Assembly (NCBI RefSeq): GCF_006345805.1
Contig: NC_042998.1
Coordinates: forward strand, 22,630,001 to 22,694,000
DNA from: Octopus sinensis
Taxonomy: Eukaryota
Reading direction: 5' to 3'
Length of the DNA: 64,000 bases
Positions within the stretch are counted from its first letter, which is position 1, and every line of letters begins with the position of its first letter. Below are positions 1 through 11,125 of this stretch, piece after piece. Below the pieces are notes generated by a model. That model was not told the origin of the DNA, did no database searches, and was given only the letters and a program-made list of their open reading frames with translations. Both the position numbers and the translations under genes were made by a program.

Positions 1-209
1 TATGCTTAATAATGTCAGTAATATACTAAAATCTGTTCAACTAATCAAATTCTACAAACTTATGTTGTGTTTTGAGTAAAAAAAAAAAAATAATAAAAAC
101 AACAGAAAGTCTATATATTTGATGTCTAAGGAAATGGAAATAGATAAGATGATAGAACAACAAATGTTAACTCTAGGATTCAGATTAGTGTCAAATGTAA
201 TTATTCATT

Positions 210-605
210 AGAAGTGACTGTGTGGTAAGTAACTTGCTTACGAACCACTCGGTTCTGGGTTCAGTCCCACCGCGTGGCACCTTGGGCAAGTGTCTTCTAC
301 TATAGCCTTGGGCCGACCAAAGCCTTGTGAGTGGATTTGGTAGGGGGAAACTGAAAGAAGCCCGTCGTATATATGCACATATATATATATTTGTGTGTGT
401 GTGTGTTTGTCTCTCCAACATTGCTTAACAACCAATGCTGGTGTGTTTATGCCCTCATAACTTAGCAGTTCGGTAAAAGAGACTGATAGAATAAGTACTA
501 GGCTTACAAAGAATAAGTGCTGGGGTAGATTTATTTGACTAAAGGCGGTGCTCCAGCATGGTCACAGTCAAATGACTGAAGCAAGTAAAAGAGTAAAAAG
601 AGAGT
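210..605 (+). mobile_element. SINE family A (tRNA-derived head, CORE-like centre, internal TA/TG microsatellite, AGTAAAAG tail), full length
   Basis: A-box-like TGACTGTGTGG, B-box-like GGTTCAGTCCC, CCTTGGGCAAGTGTCTT block; about 19 related copies in the window. Confidence 0.9.
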
Positions 606-624
606 ACTATTTTGAATTAATCAT

Positions 625-722
625 ACATTACATAGTTTTGAGATTTCGATGGTTTGGGGATTTAGTTTCAGAATGACATTGTAGGTTAGGCATGAGAGGC
701 TGGATCTAGCCAGTTTGAATAC
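625..722 (+). mobile_element. Internal fragment of the TTAA/piggyBac-type MITE seen complete at 2327-2554 and 52046-52277
   Basis: Shares AGAATGACATTGTAGGTTAGG...GCCAGTTTGAA with those copies. Confidence 0.6.
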
Positions 723-1371
723 CCCTTCAATCCCACCAAATTGAAAGCATAACCTTTGGGTGAAGTCCTGCTCTGGACGTTGTTTGTGGTGCCTTGCTGT
801 GCTTCCCCCATGATTGTTTACACTTCTCAACATCATAGATGATCCACTATTCATCCCCTGTCACCATTCGCATTTCTGCAACAAATCACGGATGGAAATC
901 TGTTGTTTGAGGTTAGCCTCATTCAACTGATGTGAGACCCAAACATCAAACCTACTGACGCAATCAAGTTGATGCAGATGGTTTTCAACACTTGGTTTGA
1001 ATATTTGGAGAATGCCTGAATCATTTTATTTTGTTGCTGTTAAATCTTACAGGGGTGGCCAGAGTGAGGTGCATTTTGAACCAAAAGATTCCCTGATTAA
1101 AATCTTGAAAACCACTTTTGGCACACACATTCTGTAACATCATCCTTTCCATACACAGCATACAGACTTTTCTCATGCTTTCTTCCTTTTTCACAATTAA
1201 AAATAAAACAAAAAAAAATGAAGTGTTGATAATGTTTGCTTTGGCTCTCCATTTTCAGAGTGATCCCAAGCACATAGAATACAGCTCTGTCTTGTCACAA
1301 ATTTGTGTCAAATTACATTGAAGTGTCAAGTATGCACATGCACAAGTGACCATTCATTACTTCACCCTCTA
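721..1371 (-). pseudogene. Mariner (Tc1/mariner) transposase relic: 5' half of the element, with stops and frameshifts
   Basis: Minus-strand translation from ATG at 1252: MESQSKHYQHF...LYAVYGKDDVTECVCQKWFSRF*SGN...PHSGHP (N-terminal HTH), DVWVSHQL (WVPHEL motif), VTGDE*WIIYD (first catalytic Asp), GLHPKVMLSIWWD; 5' end reads TA-GAGGGTG. Confidence 0.9.
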
Positions 1372-1739
1372 CTTATCAGAGTGCTTGAAATTTAGTGTTG
1401 AAAAAATCTGAAAAGACTTTTTGGCCCATGCAATAGTAGAGTCAACTTTAGCCCTGTCCTATGAAAATTGGCCTTGAGTCAATGAGGTAACTTTTATATT
1501 ACAGCCCCTACAAATGACACTCAATCATCTTAACAAAAACAGACCGGTTCATAGGATAATGTAGTCCTTGATATACTATGCCTGAAAATGAGATGAAATT
1601 ATCATCACTAGGTCACTTGTCATGACAGGTCTTCCTGTTCAGAGCTGATCTGGAGTTGAACACCCACAAAACCACTCTTGTTTTTAGTAAAATATATTTA
1701 TTATTATGTAAGAAGATAGAATTTTAAATATCTTACTTA

Positions 1740-1817
1740 TCGACTTTCTCGACTGAAAAAGGCAGTGCTCCAGCATGGCCACAGTCAAATGACTGAAACG
1801 AGTAAGAGCGTAAAGAG
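1740..1817 (+). mobile_element. SINE family A 3' fragment
   Basis: GGCAGTGCTCCAGCATGGCCACAGTCAAATGACTGAAAC tail block. Confidence 0.8.
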
Positions 1818-2180
1818 ACTGTCTGACCAAATGTGTGCAGCATTCTGTGATTGTCTCACTGATCCTCACACTGCCAAACACTGCCTGTATCTTCTAAAGT
1901 ATTTCTTATTTTGGGTCAAAGATGATTTACGTGTTGCTCAAACATGTAGCAGCTCTGATGGTGTCATAGGTATGCTTGAGCAGAAAAGACAGAAGACTGT
2001 TCAACAACAATAGCTTACCATGTAGAGATTGAATTCACTATGAAAAGCAGTTGGTCGCTACGCAATTTGTTGAATGTTTTATTTGCTGTGCATAAACTGT
2101 TTGCAAGCACAACACTGTTACCTTTGTGTAAAAAAGGAGAAGAAGAAAGATACAGTATAGATAGCAAACTTTATTAGATA

Positions 2181-2823
2181 CTAGCAGTATAGCCCGGCGA
2201 TGCTCGGGTTTGTTTTTTAGTTGCGCTTAAAACGGCGCACTTTGATGTTGCGTTAACAAAGTTTTGACATAGTTTCAATCTTTTTTGAAAAATAAAAATT
2301 TTGCATTATGTAGCTTGTTATTCTCTTTAACCCTTTAGCGTTCAAATTAATATGTCAGAAATAATCCTTATTCATTTACATTTTAAAAAATTAACCTGGT
2401 ATTATCTTGTAGCTTCAAGATTTGAAAGATGTAATTGTTTATTTTTAGAATGACATTGCAGGGTAGGTGTGAGATACTGGTTCTGGCCAGTTTGAGCATA
2501 AAATGAGTAGACTATTTGGGCCAGATATAGCCAGTTTAAACACTAAAGGGTTAAGTGAACATTTTTCTGGTTGAAATGCACCGAAAAATGGCGACACAGC
2601 AGTCAAAAAATCGTAAAAAAATAGGGATTTTCATAGAAAAAAAGCACCTTTTTGGTGTTAACACGGTCCGATTTGAATTTCTTCTTCTACGGAATGAAGA
2701 GCAAGCCTTCTTCTACCATACTCTCAATTTTGGTCAACTTGCACCGCAGGGTCTCAGAGGAAATAGTGTTAGTTGAAGGCTACCAAACCTGCCACACACA
2801 CAGAGACAACTTCAGCTTTATAT
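2181..2823 (-). mobile_element. Non-autonomous Helitron (family D), interrupted by a piggyBac-type MITE
   Basis: On the minus strand it ends in a GC hairpin (CCCGGCGATGCTCGGG) about 8 nt before CTAG|T; TA-rich 5' end; body matches 45818-46212 and 46966-47361. Confidence 0.8.
2327..2554. mobile_element. piggyBac-type MITE with TTAA target-site duplication
   Basis: TTAA-CCCTTTAGCGTTCAAA ... TTTAAACACTAAAGGG-TTAA; matching empty sites (single TTAA) at 45917-45920 and 47065-47068. Confidence 0.9.
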
Positions 2824-3230
2824 ACTCTTTACTCTTTTACTTGTTTCAGTCATTTGACTGCGGCCATGCTGGAGCACCACCTTTTAATCGAGCAACTCAA
2901 CCCCGGGACTTATTCTTTGTAAGCCCAGTACTTATTCTATCGGTCTCTTTTGCCGAACCACTAAGTGGCGGGGACATAAACACACCAGCATCGGTTGTCA
3001 AGCAATGCTAGGGGGACAAACACAGACACACAAACACACACGCACATACATATATATACATATATACGATGGGCTTCTTTCAGTTTCCATCTGCCAAACC
3101 TACTCACAAGGCTTTGGTCGGCCCAAGGCTATAGTAGAAGACACTTGTCCAAGGTGCCATGCAATGGGACTGAACCTGGAACCATGTGGTTGGCAAGCAA
3201 TCTACTTACCACACAGCCACTCCTGCGCCT
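2824..3230 (-). mobile_element. SINE family A, full length
   Basis: Reverse complement of the family A sequence, inserted at the TA-rich end of the Helitron. Confidence 0.9.
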
Positions 3231-3527
3231 ATGTGTATAGATTTGTATTGCAAACTTCATTAGATATTTGTATATTCTGTAAAGAATATAGAAAAGCTGC
3301 AAATTACTTTCTATTAAGTAGATAATATATTAATAGACAATATCACATTATAACTAAATGTTCTTAATGACAAAATGACAATAAGTTCAATGGTTTAGCT
3401 GATTTTGTCTTGTGAACCTATTATACTTAAGTGGACGTTTATTTCTGTAGTAAAACTTGTGTGAGTATGAAAAAAGAAAACTAGATTTAGTTAATTTAAT
3501 CTTCTGTTATTACTGTTTATGTAACAT

Positions 3528-3898
3528 AGGTGCAGGAGTGGCTGTGTGGTAAGTAGCTTGCTTACCAACCACATGGCTTCCACTGCGTGGCACCTTGGGC
3601 AAGTGTCTTCTACTATAGCCTCAGTCCGACCAAAGCCTTGTGAGTGGATTTGGTAGACAGAAACTGAAAGAAGCCCGTTGTATATACATATATATATATG
3701 TGTGTGCGTTTGTCCCCAGCAACATCGCTTGACAACCGATGCTGGTGTGTTTACGTCATCGTAACTTAGCAGTTCGGCAAAAGAGACCGATAGAATAAGT
3801 ACTAGGCTTACAAATCCTGGGGTCGATTTGTTCAACTAAAGGAGGTGCTCCAGCACGGCCGCAGTCAAATGACAGAAACAAGTAAAAGAGAGAAAGAG
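3528..3898 (+). mobile_element. SINE family A, full length
   Basis: GGTGCAGGAGTGGCTGTGTGG head to AGTAAAAGAG tail. Confidence 0.9.
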
Positions 3899-4244
3899 AA
3901 TGTAGGATTTTTTTTTCTTTTGTTGAGTCATTTCCAGTATGTGGGTATTTTCATTTTTATTAATTTCCAAAACTTAACTTTGGTAAGAAATTCACTAAGA
4001 AGTATAAGGATTCATAGTTCATACCATAAAATAGAGGATGACTAACTTAGCAGTTTATAAACAAAATATTTCCTATAAAAGTCCTTTCTTTTCTTTACAA
4101 AAAAGTAAATGTTATGACATCTTTAAAATTTTGTTGCACTCAATGTTAAAAAGAAAAATTCAATATCTTTAATATAGATTTGGCAACATGTTTAGCAGTT
4201 TTAGTTTGTATTATACACACACACAAACACACACTCACACACAT

Positions 4245-4568
4245 TTATTTATTGAAGTGCTTAAATTGGAAAGATGGATGCAACAAATATTTTACTGAGT
4301 CAGCATATTTTATGCTTTTGTTCAGGGTTAAGATTTCTTTGTTGTGCAGAATTGCTTATACTATGCAATCACAGCAGCTGGATTTTACTAATAAAATGGG
4401 AAAGCAATAGATCAATGGATATAATTATTTTATTGCTGCACTTCAAAGTAAAACGGAGGGTGTGTTGCCTATAGGTGAACACTTATTTCGATTTGTTCAA
4501 TTAATAAACTGCATCAGCTACAACGTATTTTAACTACTTTAAATTACCTCGCAGTTTATATATATTTT
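4245..4568 (+). repeat. Unclassified dispersed repeat (about 320 bp); inverted second copy at 27062-27392
   Basis: Long shared blocks, e.g. GATTTGTTCAATTAATAAACTGCATCAGCTACAACGTATTTTAACTACTTTAAATTACCTCGCAG. Confidence 0.8.
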
Positions 4569-4639
4569 TTGAAGTAGATGATAGCTTTTGTTACTATTGG
4601 GATTTAATTAACAGTAGAAAAAGGATGCAAAAGGATAGT

Positions 4640-5575
4640 TGCCAGAGTAAGAACTGAATGGAAAAAAATTCAGGGAGCTTTTCCTCTGTTGCCAACAGAG
4701 GAGATCCCTCTTTGGATTAAGAGGGCAGGTTGTATGATGCCTTCGGTATGAAGTGTAATGTTGTATAGTACCAAAATGCTGTGTTGAATGTCCTATGTCC
4801 TGGATGTGTGGAAGTTGGGAAGAAAAAAGCAGACATGGTCCACTGGAGGAGTAATGTTGGTGCACATGAATGACTGGGTACAAATGAACTGAGAAAGAAA
4901 AATGGGTACAAGAAGAATCAGAGGCAATGTACCTATTTCTTTACTACCCACAAGGGGCTAAACACAGAGAGGACAAACAAGGACAGACAAACGGATTAGT
5001 CGATTATATCAACCCCAGTGCATAACTGGTACTTATTTAATCGACCCCGAAAGGATGAAAGGCAAAGTTGACCTTGGCGGAATTTGAACTCAGAACATAG
5101 CGGCAGACGAAATACTTATTTCTTTACTACCCACAAGGGGCTAAACACAGAGAGGACAAACAAGGACAGACAAATGGATTAGTCGATTATATCAACCCCA
5201 GTGTGTAACTCTGGTACTTATTTAATCGACCCCGAAAGGATGAAAGGCAAAGTTGACCTCGGCAGAATTTGAACTCAGAACGAGCAGCGGATGAAATACC
5301 ACAAAACATTTCGCCCAGCATGCTAACGTTTCTGCCAGCTCGCTGCCATATCAGAGGCAGTGTACCAGAGAGAAGACAGCTGGTATGGAGGACGATTGTG
5401 GAGTGAAGAATGTTAAACGATCCAAATGGAAGGAATTTGTTTGAGAAAGGATCAACAAAGACATAGGGAGAAGTGGTGAAAGATGATTTCAAGAAACTGA
5501 TAAAGGACTGCAACAGCTGGCAAGATGTTGTGTCGGAGAAGACCTCTCTAAGCCAGATTGCATGGGAAAACATGT
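4640..5575 (+). pseudogene. RTE LINE ORF C-terminal relic split by a family B SINE
   Basis: WKK(F)REL, GRLYDA and, after removing the SINE, ELRKK-GTRRIRGNVPERRQ-WYG, which resembles the RTE C-terminus at 11664-11990; 17-bp TSD at 4917-4933 and 5350-5366. Confidence 0.65.
4934..5349 (-). mobile_element. SINE family B with a duplicated 3' module
   Basis: Head GGCAGCGAGCTGGCAGAAACGTTAGC, B-box GAGTTCAAATTC, core GCCTTTCATCCTTTCGGGGTCGAT present twice; TSD ATCAGAGGCA(A/G)TGTACC. Confidence 0.9.
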
Positions 5576-5669
5576 GAAAGATATTGAATGATATTTTTAT
5601 TCTTATCAGCTCATATTCTCATTTACAGAGCATATAATGAAAATGAAGATCATTTTCGTTACCATTTCT

Positions 5670-5948
5670 AGGCATAGGAGTGGCTGTGTGGTAAGTAACT
5701 TGCTTACGAACCACATGGTTCTGGGTTTAATCCCACTGCGTGGCACCTTGGGCAAGTGTCTTCTATTATAGCCTCGGGCTGACCAAAGCCTTGTGAGTGG
5801 ATTTGGTAGATGGAAACTGAAAGAAGCCCGTCGTATATATGTATGTATGTGTGTGTATATGGTTGTATGTCTGTGTTTGTCCCCCCCAACATTACTTGAC
5901 AACCAATGCTGGTGTGTGTACTTCCCTGTAACTTAGGGGTTCGGCAAA
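5670..5948 (+). mobile_element. SINE family A, 3' truncated
   Basis: Family A head and centre; abuts a family C element. Confidence 0.85.
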
Positions 5949-5952
5949 TCTG

Positions 5953-6790
5953 TTTTCTTGCTATGTTTGGGTTGGATGATTTGACAGGAGCTGGCAAGCC
6001 AGAGGGCTGCACCGGGTTCCAGTTGTCTGTTTTGGAATGGTTTCTATGGCTGATGCCCTTCCTAATGCCAACCACTTTACAGAGTGTACCGGGTGCTTAT
6101 TATGTGACACCAGCATGGGCACCTTTTATGTGGAACTGGCACAAGTACCTTCAGTACATGGTGCCAGCACAGATGCTTTTAATAAGTGGAACCTGTATGG
6201 ATGTTTTATATGGAGCGCCAACATGGGCACCTTTTATGTGGAACTGGCACAAGTACCTTCAGTACATGGTGCCAGCACAGATGCTTTTAATAAGTGGAAC
6301 CTGTATGGATGTTTTATATGGAGCGCCAACATGGGCACCTTTTATGTGGAACTGGCACAAGTACCTTCAGTACATGGTGCCAGCACAGATGCTTTTAATA
6401 AGTGGAACCTGTATGGATGTTTTATATGGAGCGCCAACATGGGCACCTTTTATGTGGAACTGGCACAAGTACCTTCAGTACATGGTGCCAGCACAGATGC
6501 TTTTAATAAGTGGAACCTGTATGGATGTTTTATATGGAGCGCCAACATGGGCACCTTTTATGTGGAACTGGCACAAGTACCTTCAGTACATGGTGCCAGC
6601 ACAGATGCTTTTAATAAGTGGAACCTGTATGGATGTTTTATATGGAGCGCCAACATGGGCACCTTTTATGTGGAACTGGCACAAGTACCTTCAGTACATG
6701 GTGCCAGCACAGATGCTTTTAATAAGTGGAACCTGTATGGATGTTTTATATGGAGCGCCAACATGGGTGCCTTTTATGTGGTGCTGGCAT
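5953..6790 (-). mobile_element. Family C (RTE 3' UTR) copy containing an expanded tandem array
   Basis: TTTCTATGGCTGATGCCCTTCCTAATGCCAACC block followed by the VNTR region. Confidence 0.75.
6113..6781. repeat. Tandem array of six essentially identical 108-bp units
   Basis: Unit ACCTTTTATGTGGAACTGG... starts at 6121, 6229, 6337, 6445, 6553 and 6661. Confidence 0.97.
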
Positions 6791-7549
6791 GTGCAGTGTG
6801 ATACTGCACTAGGTGAAAGAGAAGTGTCAACAATATGGTATACATTGTGAATATATGTCCATATGGATATACATTGTGGCTGTATGTCAATATGTCTTTG
6901 GGTGGCAGAGATAAATGCAAGGAGACATGGGATCCCTGTAGAGCATTTTTCACCAGGGAGCTGCTCAAGATGGTAGTAGTTTTCCAGGGAACACATCAGG
7001 ATAACTTTATAGGAAATTGTGGTTGATGGAGTAGGGTAGATGGGAGCATCTAGGGAAGAGAAACATATACCCTTTTTAAAAGTAATTACTAGGGGCCATG
7101 CTGTGTGGACTATATGAAAATTTACTAAACCTGACCAAAGCAGTCTATAAGGCTGTAAGTGAATGAGAAAATGAGAGCAATTCTTAACACTTGAATCAGT
7201 AATGAAGATATTAAGGAAGAAATCTAATAACTGAGTGTTCCTAAGGAGATAAGTATGTAATTAGGTTGTGAGGTGAAGGGAGAGAGAGAGAGAGAGAGAG
7301 AAATCAGGGGTGGAGAGAGAGAGAATTCTTTTGATTAGACATCCGCAGAATTTTAGCATGAATTCTTAGCCATGACTAAACAAGCAACAAGACAATAGAA
7401 ATGTAATGAGTGATCGTATTCATAATTAATAACATTAATTAATTACATAGTATGAGTGGTTGTTCATTGTAGCTTGTGAAGAGAGATAATAACAAAAAAA
7501 AACAAGTAAATAAATAACAAATACATAAAACAAACAAAACAAAAATCTC

Positions 7550-8500
7550 AGTCATTTAGCTTGAGAGCATTATCTTGTGTACGGTCAACAAAACATACAA
7601 AAGTAACCAAGAATGAAGAGGAAAGTAGTATGATGAAGTGCATGTCCTTTTCAAGCTTTCTGTTAGTTGAAATAATTATAGGGCCCATGCTCTTAGTGGG
7701 GATAACACAATTATTCATATCCAAGTTATTTGTTATATTTGAGAAACTAATCATAAGTAGGTCTATAGAAAAGTTCTATACTGATTGGGACTGTTGAAAT
7801 AATAAAGTAATTATTTAAGATGGTTACTGTATGGAATCTCATGTTAGAGGAAAGAGTCTAAGAAAATGTGAGATAAAGTTCATTTCTAAAGAAGAAGTAT
7901 AAGGCCCAAGGATCTTAATGCTGTAAATTACTTAGCTAGGATCATTTCCCTTGGGCTATGTGTGATAATGACATGAAGAAACAATATGATCAAATTTAGT
8001 CTGAAAAGAAATGGAAGAGAGTAATCAAATGATTGTTTGATGTTCTTAGGCTCTTAGAGTGAAAGTAGTGGTAGTATTTGGATGAAAAGTATTCCGGATC
8101 AAAGTTGTAAGAAGGTAAAAAGTTGGTAACAAGGACATTTGAAAAGTCAAAAGGAAGGGAGGAAATAAAATCCAAGAAAGGAAGAGAAAACAAACAGAAG
8201 AAATGAGAAAGGGTAGGGTTGATGTTTAGAAGAATATAGTGGGAAAGAGGAAGTGAAAAAAACAGAAAGAACAATGTATGAAAGGTATCCTTCACAGTAA
8301 GGTGGTTCACAATGGTAGTGTGGAAGCCAGAGGCTGGGCTTCTTGGTTGGTTAGTATGTACTTGTCCATGTGAGGGTATCTTGTAATGACTTCATTTTTG
8401 ATGTTGAAGCAGAAATAAGGATTTTTGAGGTTTTGTAAAATGTCTGAACTTCTTGGCTTAAAATTTATATATATCTTTGACTTCTTGATCACTTTCCATT
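7550..8500 (-). pseudogene. Possible highly decayed Penelope-like reverse transcriptase relic
   Basis: Minus-strand fragments in expected order: LTVKDTFH, SLPFDFSNVLVTN, SMGP..KLEKD, FVCFVDRT (compare PLE RT motifs TVKDSF, SFDVxSLFTN, MGSP..LE, RYVDD); many stops; recognised by eye only. Confidence 0.35.
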
Positions 8501-8978
8501 TGATGTCTTATTTGATTCTTTTCTCTTTTAAAAACCATATGCAACCTACTAATTTGTCCTCTTGTATTTGGTTACTAAGAACTCAATATTGAATGCAGGA
8601 AAAATGTAGATGTTTAATAAAGCTAAAAAAATTCAGGATTACAATCTAGTATAGTTTCATTTGGAATTGTAATGAAGAATATCTAAGAAAATATCATGTA
8701 AATAATAAAAATGGGGAGTTGGGAAAGCATTGGAGAAAGAATAAAAATGGGGAAGATGCTTAGGAGGAGACAAATGCAGTGAAGAAAAGTAAAAGTGAGG
8801 AGGAATTGAGTTGCCTGTGGTGAAGCTAATAAGTTGGGTTGTAAAAAACCAATTGTGAAGAACATGATTTACAGCTTATTTTCAAGGAACTAAGCTTAAA
8901 TATTACCATTTAATCTAGCCACAAGACAAGTCAGTTTTCTTAATGTCACTAATCTAAACAACTCCATATGAGTTGTTT

Positions 8979-9142
8979 AGGCATAGGAGTGGCTGTGTGG
9001 TAAGTAGCTTGCTTACCAGCCTCATGGTTCCGGGTTCAGTCCCACTGCGTGGCACCTTGGGCAAGTATCTTCTACTATAGCCTCAGGCCGATCAAAGACT
9101 TGTGAGTGGATTTGGTAGACGGAAACTGAAAGAAGCCTGTCG

Positions 9143-9175
<33 letters not shown>

Positions 9176-9201
9176 ATATATATATATATATATATATTTG
9201 T

Positions 9202-9232
<31 letters not shown>

Positions 9233-9259
9233 TTGTATATATATATATATATATATATT

Positions 9260-9294
<35 letters not shown>

Positions 9295-9405
9295 TCATCG
9301 TCGTTTAACGTCCGTTCTCCATGCTAGCATGGGTTGGACGGTTTGACCGGGGTTCTGGGAAGCCAGAAGGCTGCACCAGGCTCCAGTCTAATTTGGCAAT
9401 GTTTC

Positions 9406-9452
<47 letters not shown>

Positions 9453-9655
9453 TTGTGTGTCTGTGTTTGTCCCCCCTAACACTGCTTGACAACCGATGCT
9501 GATGTGTTTACGTCCCCGTAACTTAGTGGCTCGGCAAAAGAGACTGATAGAATAAGTACTAGGCTTACAAGGAATAAGTCTTGAGGTCGATTTGCTCGAC
9601 TAAAGGCGGTGCTCCGACATGGCCACAGTCAAATGACTGAAACAAGTAAAAGAAT
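8979..9655 (+). mobile_element. SINE family A with expanded internal (TA)n and a nested family C tail
   Basis: Head at 8979, (TA)n 9142-9290, family C 9291-9407, family A 3' half to 9655. Confidence 0.9.
9291..9407 (-). mobile_element. Family C 3' end nested in the (TA)n of SINE A
   Basis: (ATC)n tail, GTTTAACGTCCG...CCATGCTAGCATGG, truncated at GTTTCTA|TATA. Confidence 0.9.
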
Positions 9656-10438
9656 AGAAGAATGAGCTCCCAATTTTCTTGTTACAAGAATCTAGTGTTT
9701 GAATGAACATCATACTATTATACTTAGGGTAAATGTGTTTGAAAGTTGTGGTTTTTTTTTTGGTATGTTTGTTCCCAAACAACACTTCTTTTAGTGCTGT
9801 TGAGACTGCTGGATTGAATGGTACTGCCCAGGTGTCGAAACCATAATGATATCTGTGAGGCAGCTGATGATGGAGGTATGTTGGATTGTTGCTATGGCTG
9901 TTTTGGTATTTGTGGAATAGTGTTATAACACATCCTTTCGATATAAAGCATTCCAATCAGGACCATACTGTTTTTCTTTTCAGACAGTGTAATTTGATAG
10001 AGATTTGGCTGCCATGTTTAGCAGATGAAGTGACCTTATAAGGGCTATTGCTATTCCAAAAGTATCTGCATGAATTGAAAGCAAAATAATTCATTCTGGA
10101 ATAGGAGTTCAGTTGGTACTGTCTCATAGTTCTCATTGTATTTAATTTAGTATCGGTCAGCTAACATATGGAAATATCTGTAATTAGTGAGTGCTTGATT
10201 GATCTTAGTTGTTTCCTGAGATGGAACTTGACAATGCGGAGATAATTTACTGGTACTTTTAGGTAGGGATTTCGAAGCAAATATTCCGTACTTAAATGGA
10301 CTTTGATTATGACCATACCAATGTAGTAATTATTTACAATTGAATTACTGCTGCCAACAAAAGCAGTAATATCTGAAATATACTACATAGAATGAGAATT
10401 CATAGCTTAGAGCATATATATATAGGATAACAGAACAT

Positions 10439-10480
<42 letters not shown>

Positions 10481-10554
10481 GACCAGAAATCACATTTAAA
10501 GATGCAACTGCATGCTTCAGTATGACTGCATGTCAATTGACCTACTTCTATTGA

Positions 10555-10773
10555 AAAGGATGTTTCTGTCCGGCAGTCATCTTGATAGATCAGTAGCCAC
10601 TACACACATTTTTTTTCTCTCCTTGTTTCTTTTTGTGTTCCTTTCTGTAGAAGAGCATAGGCTCGAAACATAAAACATAAAAGACTTTTTCAATTCCTGA
10701 GCGTTATACTAATACATCTGTTTGTTTTCTACACCACCTGTCTTCGTCTTTTGTTTTTTCCATGAACTCTCCC
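10555..10773 (+). mobile_element. (TA)n-abutting element with a degenerate hammerhead-like motif (Penelope-like terminus?)
   Basis: CTTT-CTGTAGA-A-GAGC-ATAG-GCTC-GAAAC-ATA at 10641-10672; ends directly at (TA)n. Confidence 0.35.
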
Positions 10774-10837
<64 letters not shown>

Positions 10838-10859
10838 GATACATATATACATATACACT

Positions 10860-10899
<40 letters not shown>

Positions 10900-10910
10900 C
10901 GTGCACACAC

Positions 10911-10956
<46 letters not shown>

Positions 10957-10982
10957 CGTGCACACACACACACACACACACA
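10774..10982. repeat. Compound (TA)n/(CA)n microsatellite
   Basis: Direct reading. Confidence 0.95.
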
Positions 10983-11125
10983 TGAGTGGACAAACAAAAG
11001 AAAGAGACAGCACATTTAGTAGGAGTCAGTTATATTATTATTTAAAACAGTTTGATTGGACCTAATGCAACTTTAAGTTGCATGGGGCTGAATCTAACTG
11101 CTTTAAATTATCTTTTCTATTCTAA

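Noticed and set aside
2652-3325. Recurrent ORFs containing [27 protein letters not shown] (also near 238, 3491, 5704, 24952, 30742, 51184, 57222)
   Set aside because: Antisense translations of SINE family A, not a gene family
5906-6850. 314-aa and 254-aa repeat ORFs
   Set aside because: Both result from the stop-free 108-bp array inside a decayed retroelement; no splice or homology support
9092-9308. (IY)n, (HT)n and (CV)n ORFs here and at 10729-11019, 43983, 46475-47088, 50237
   Set aside because: Dinucleotide microsatellite translations
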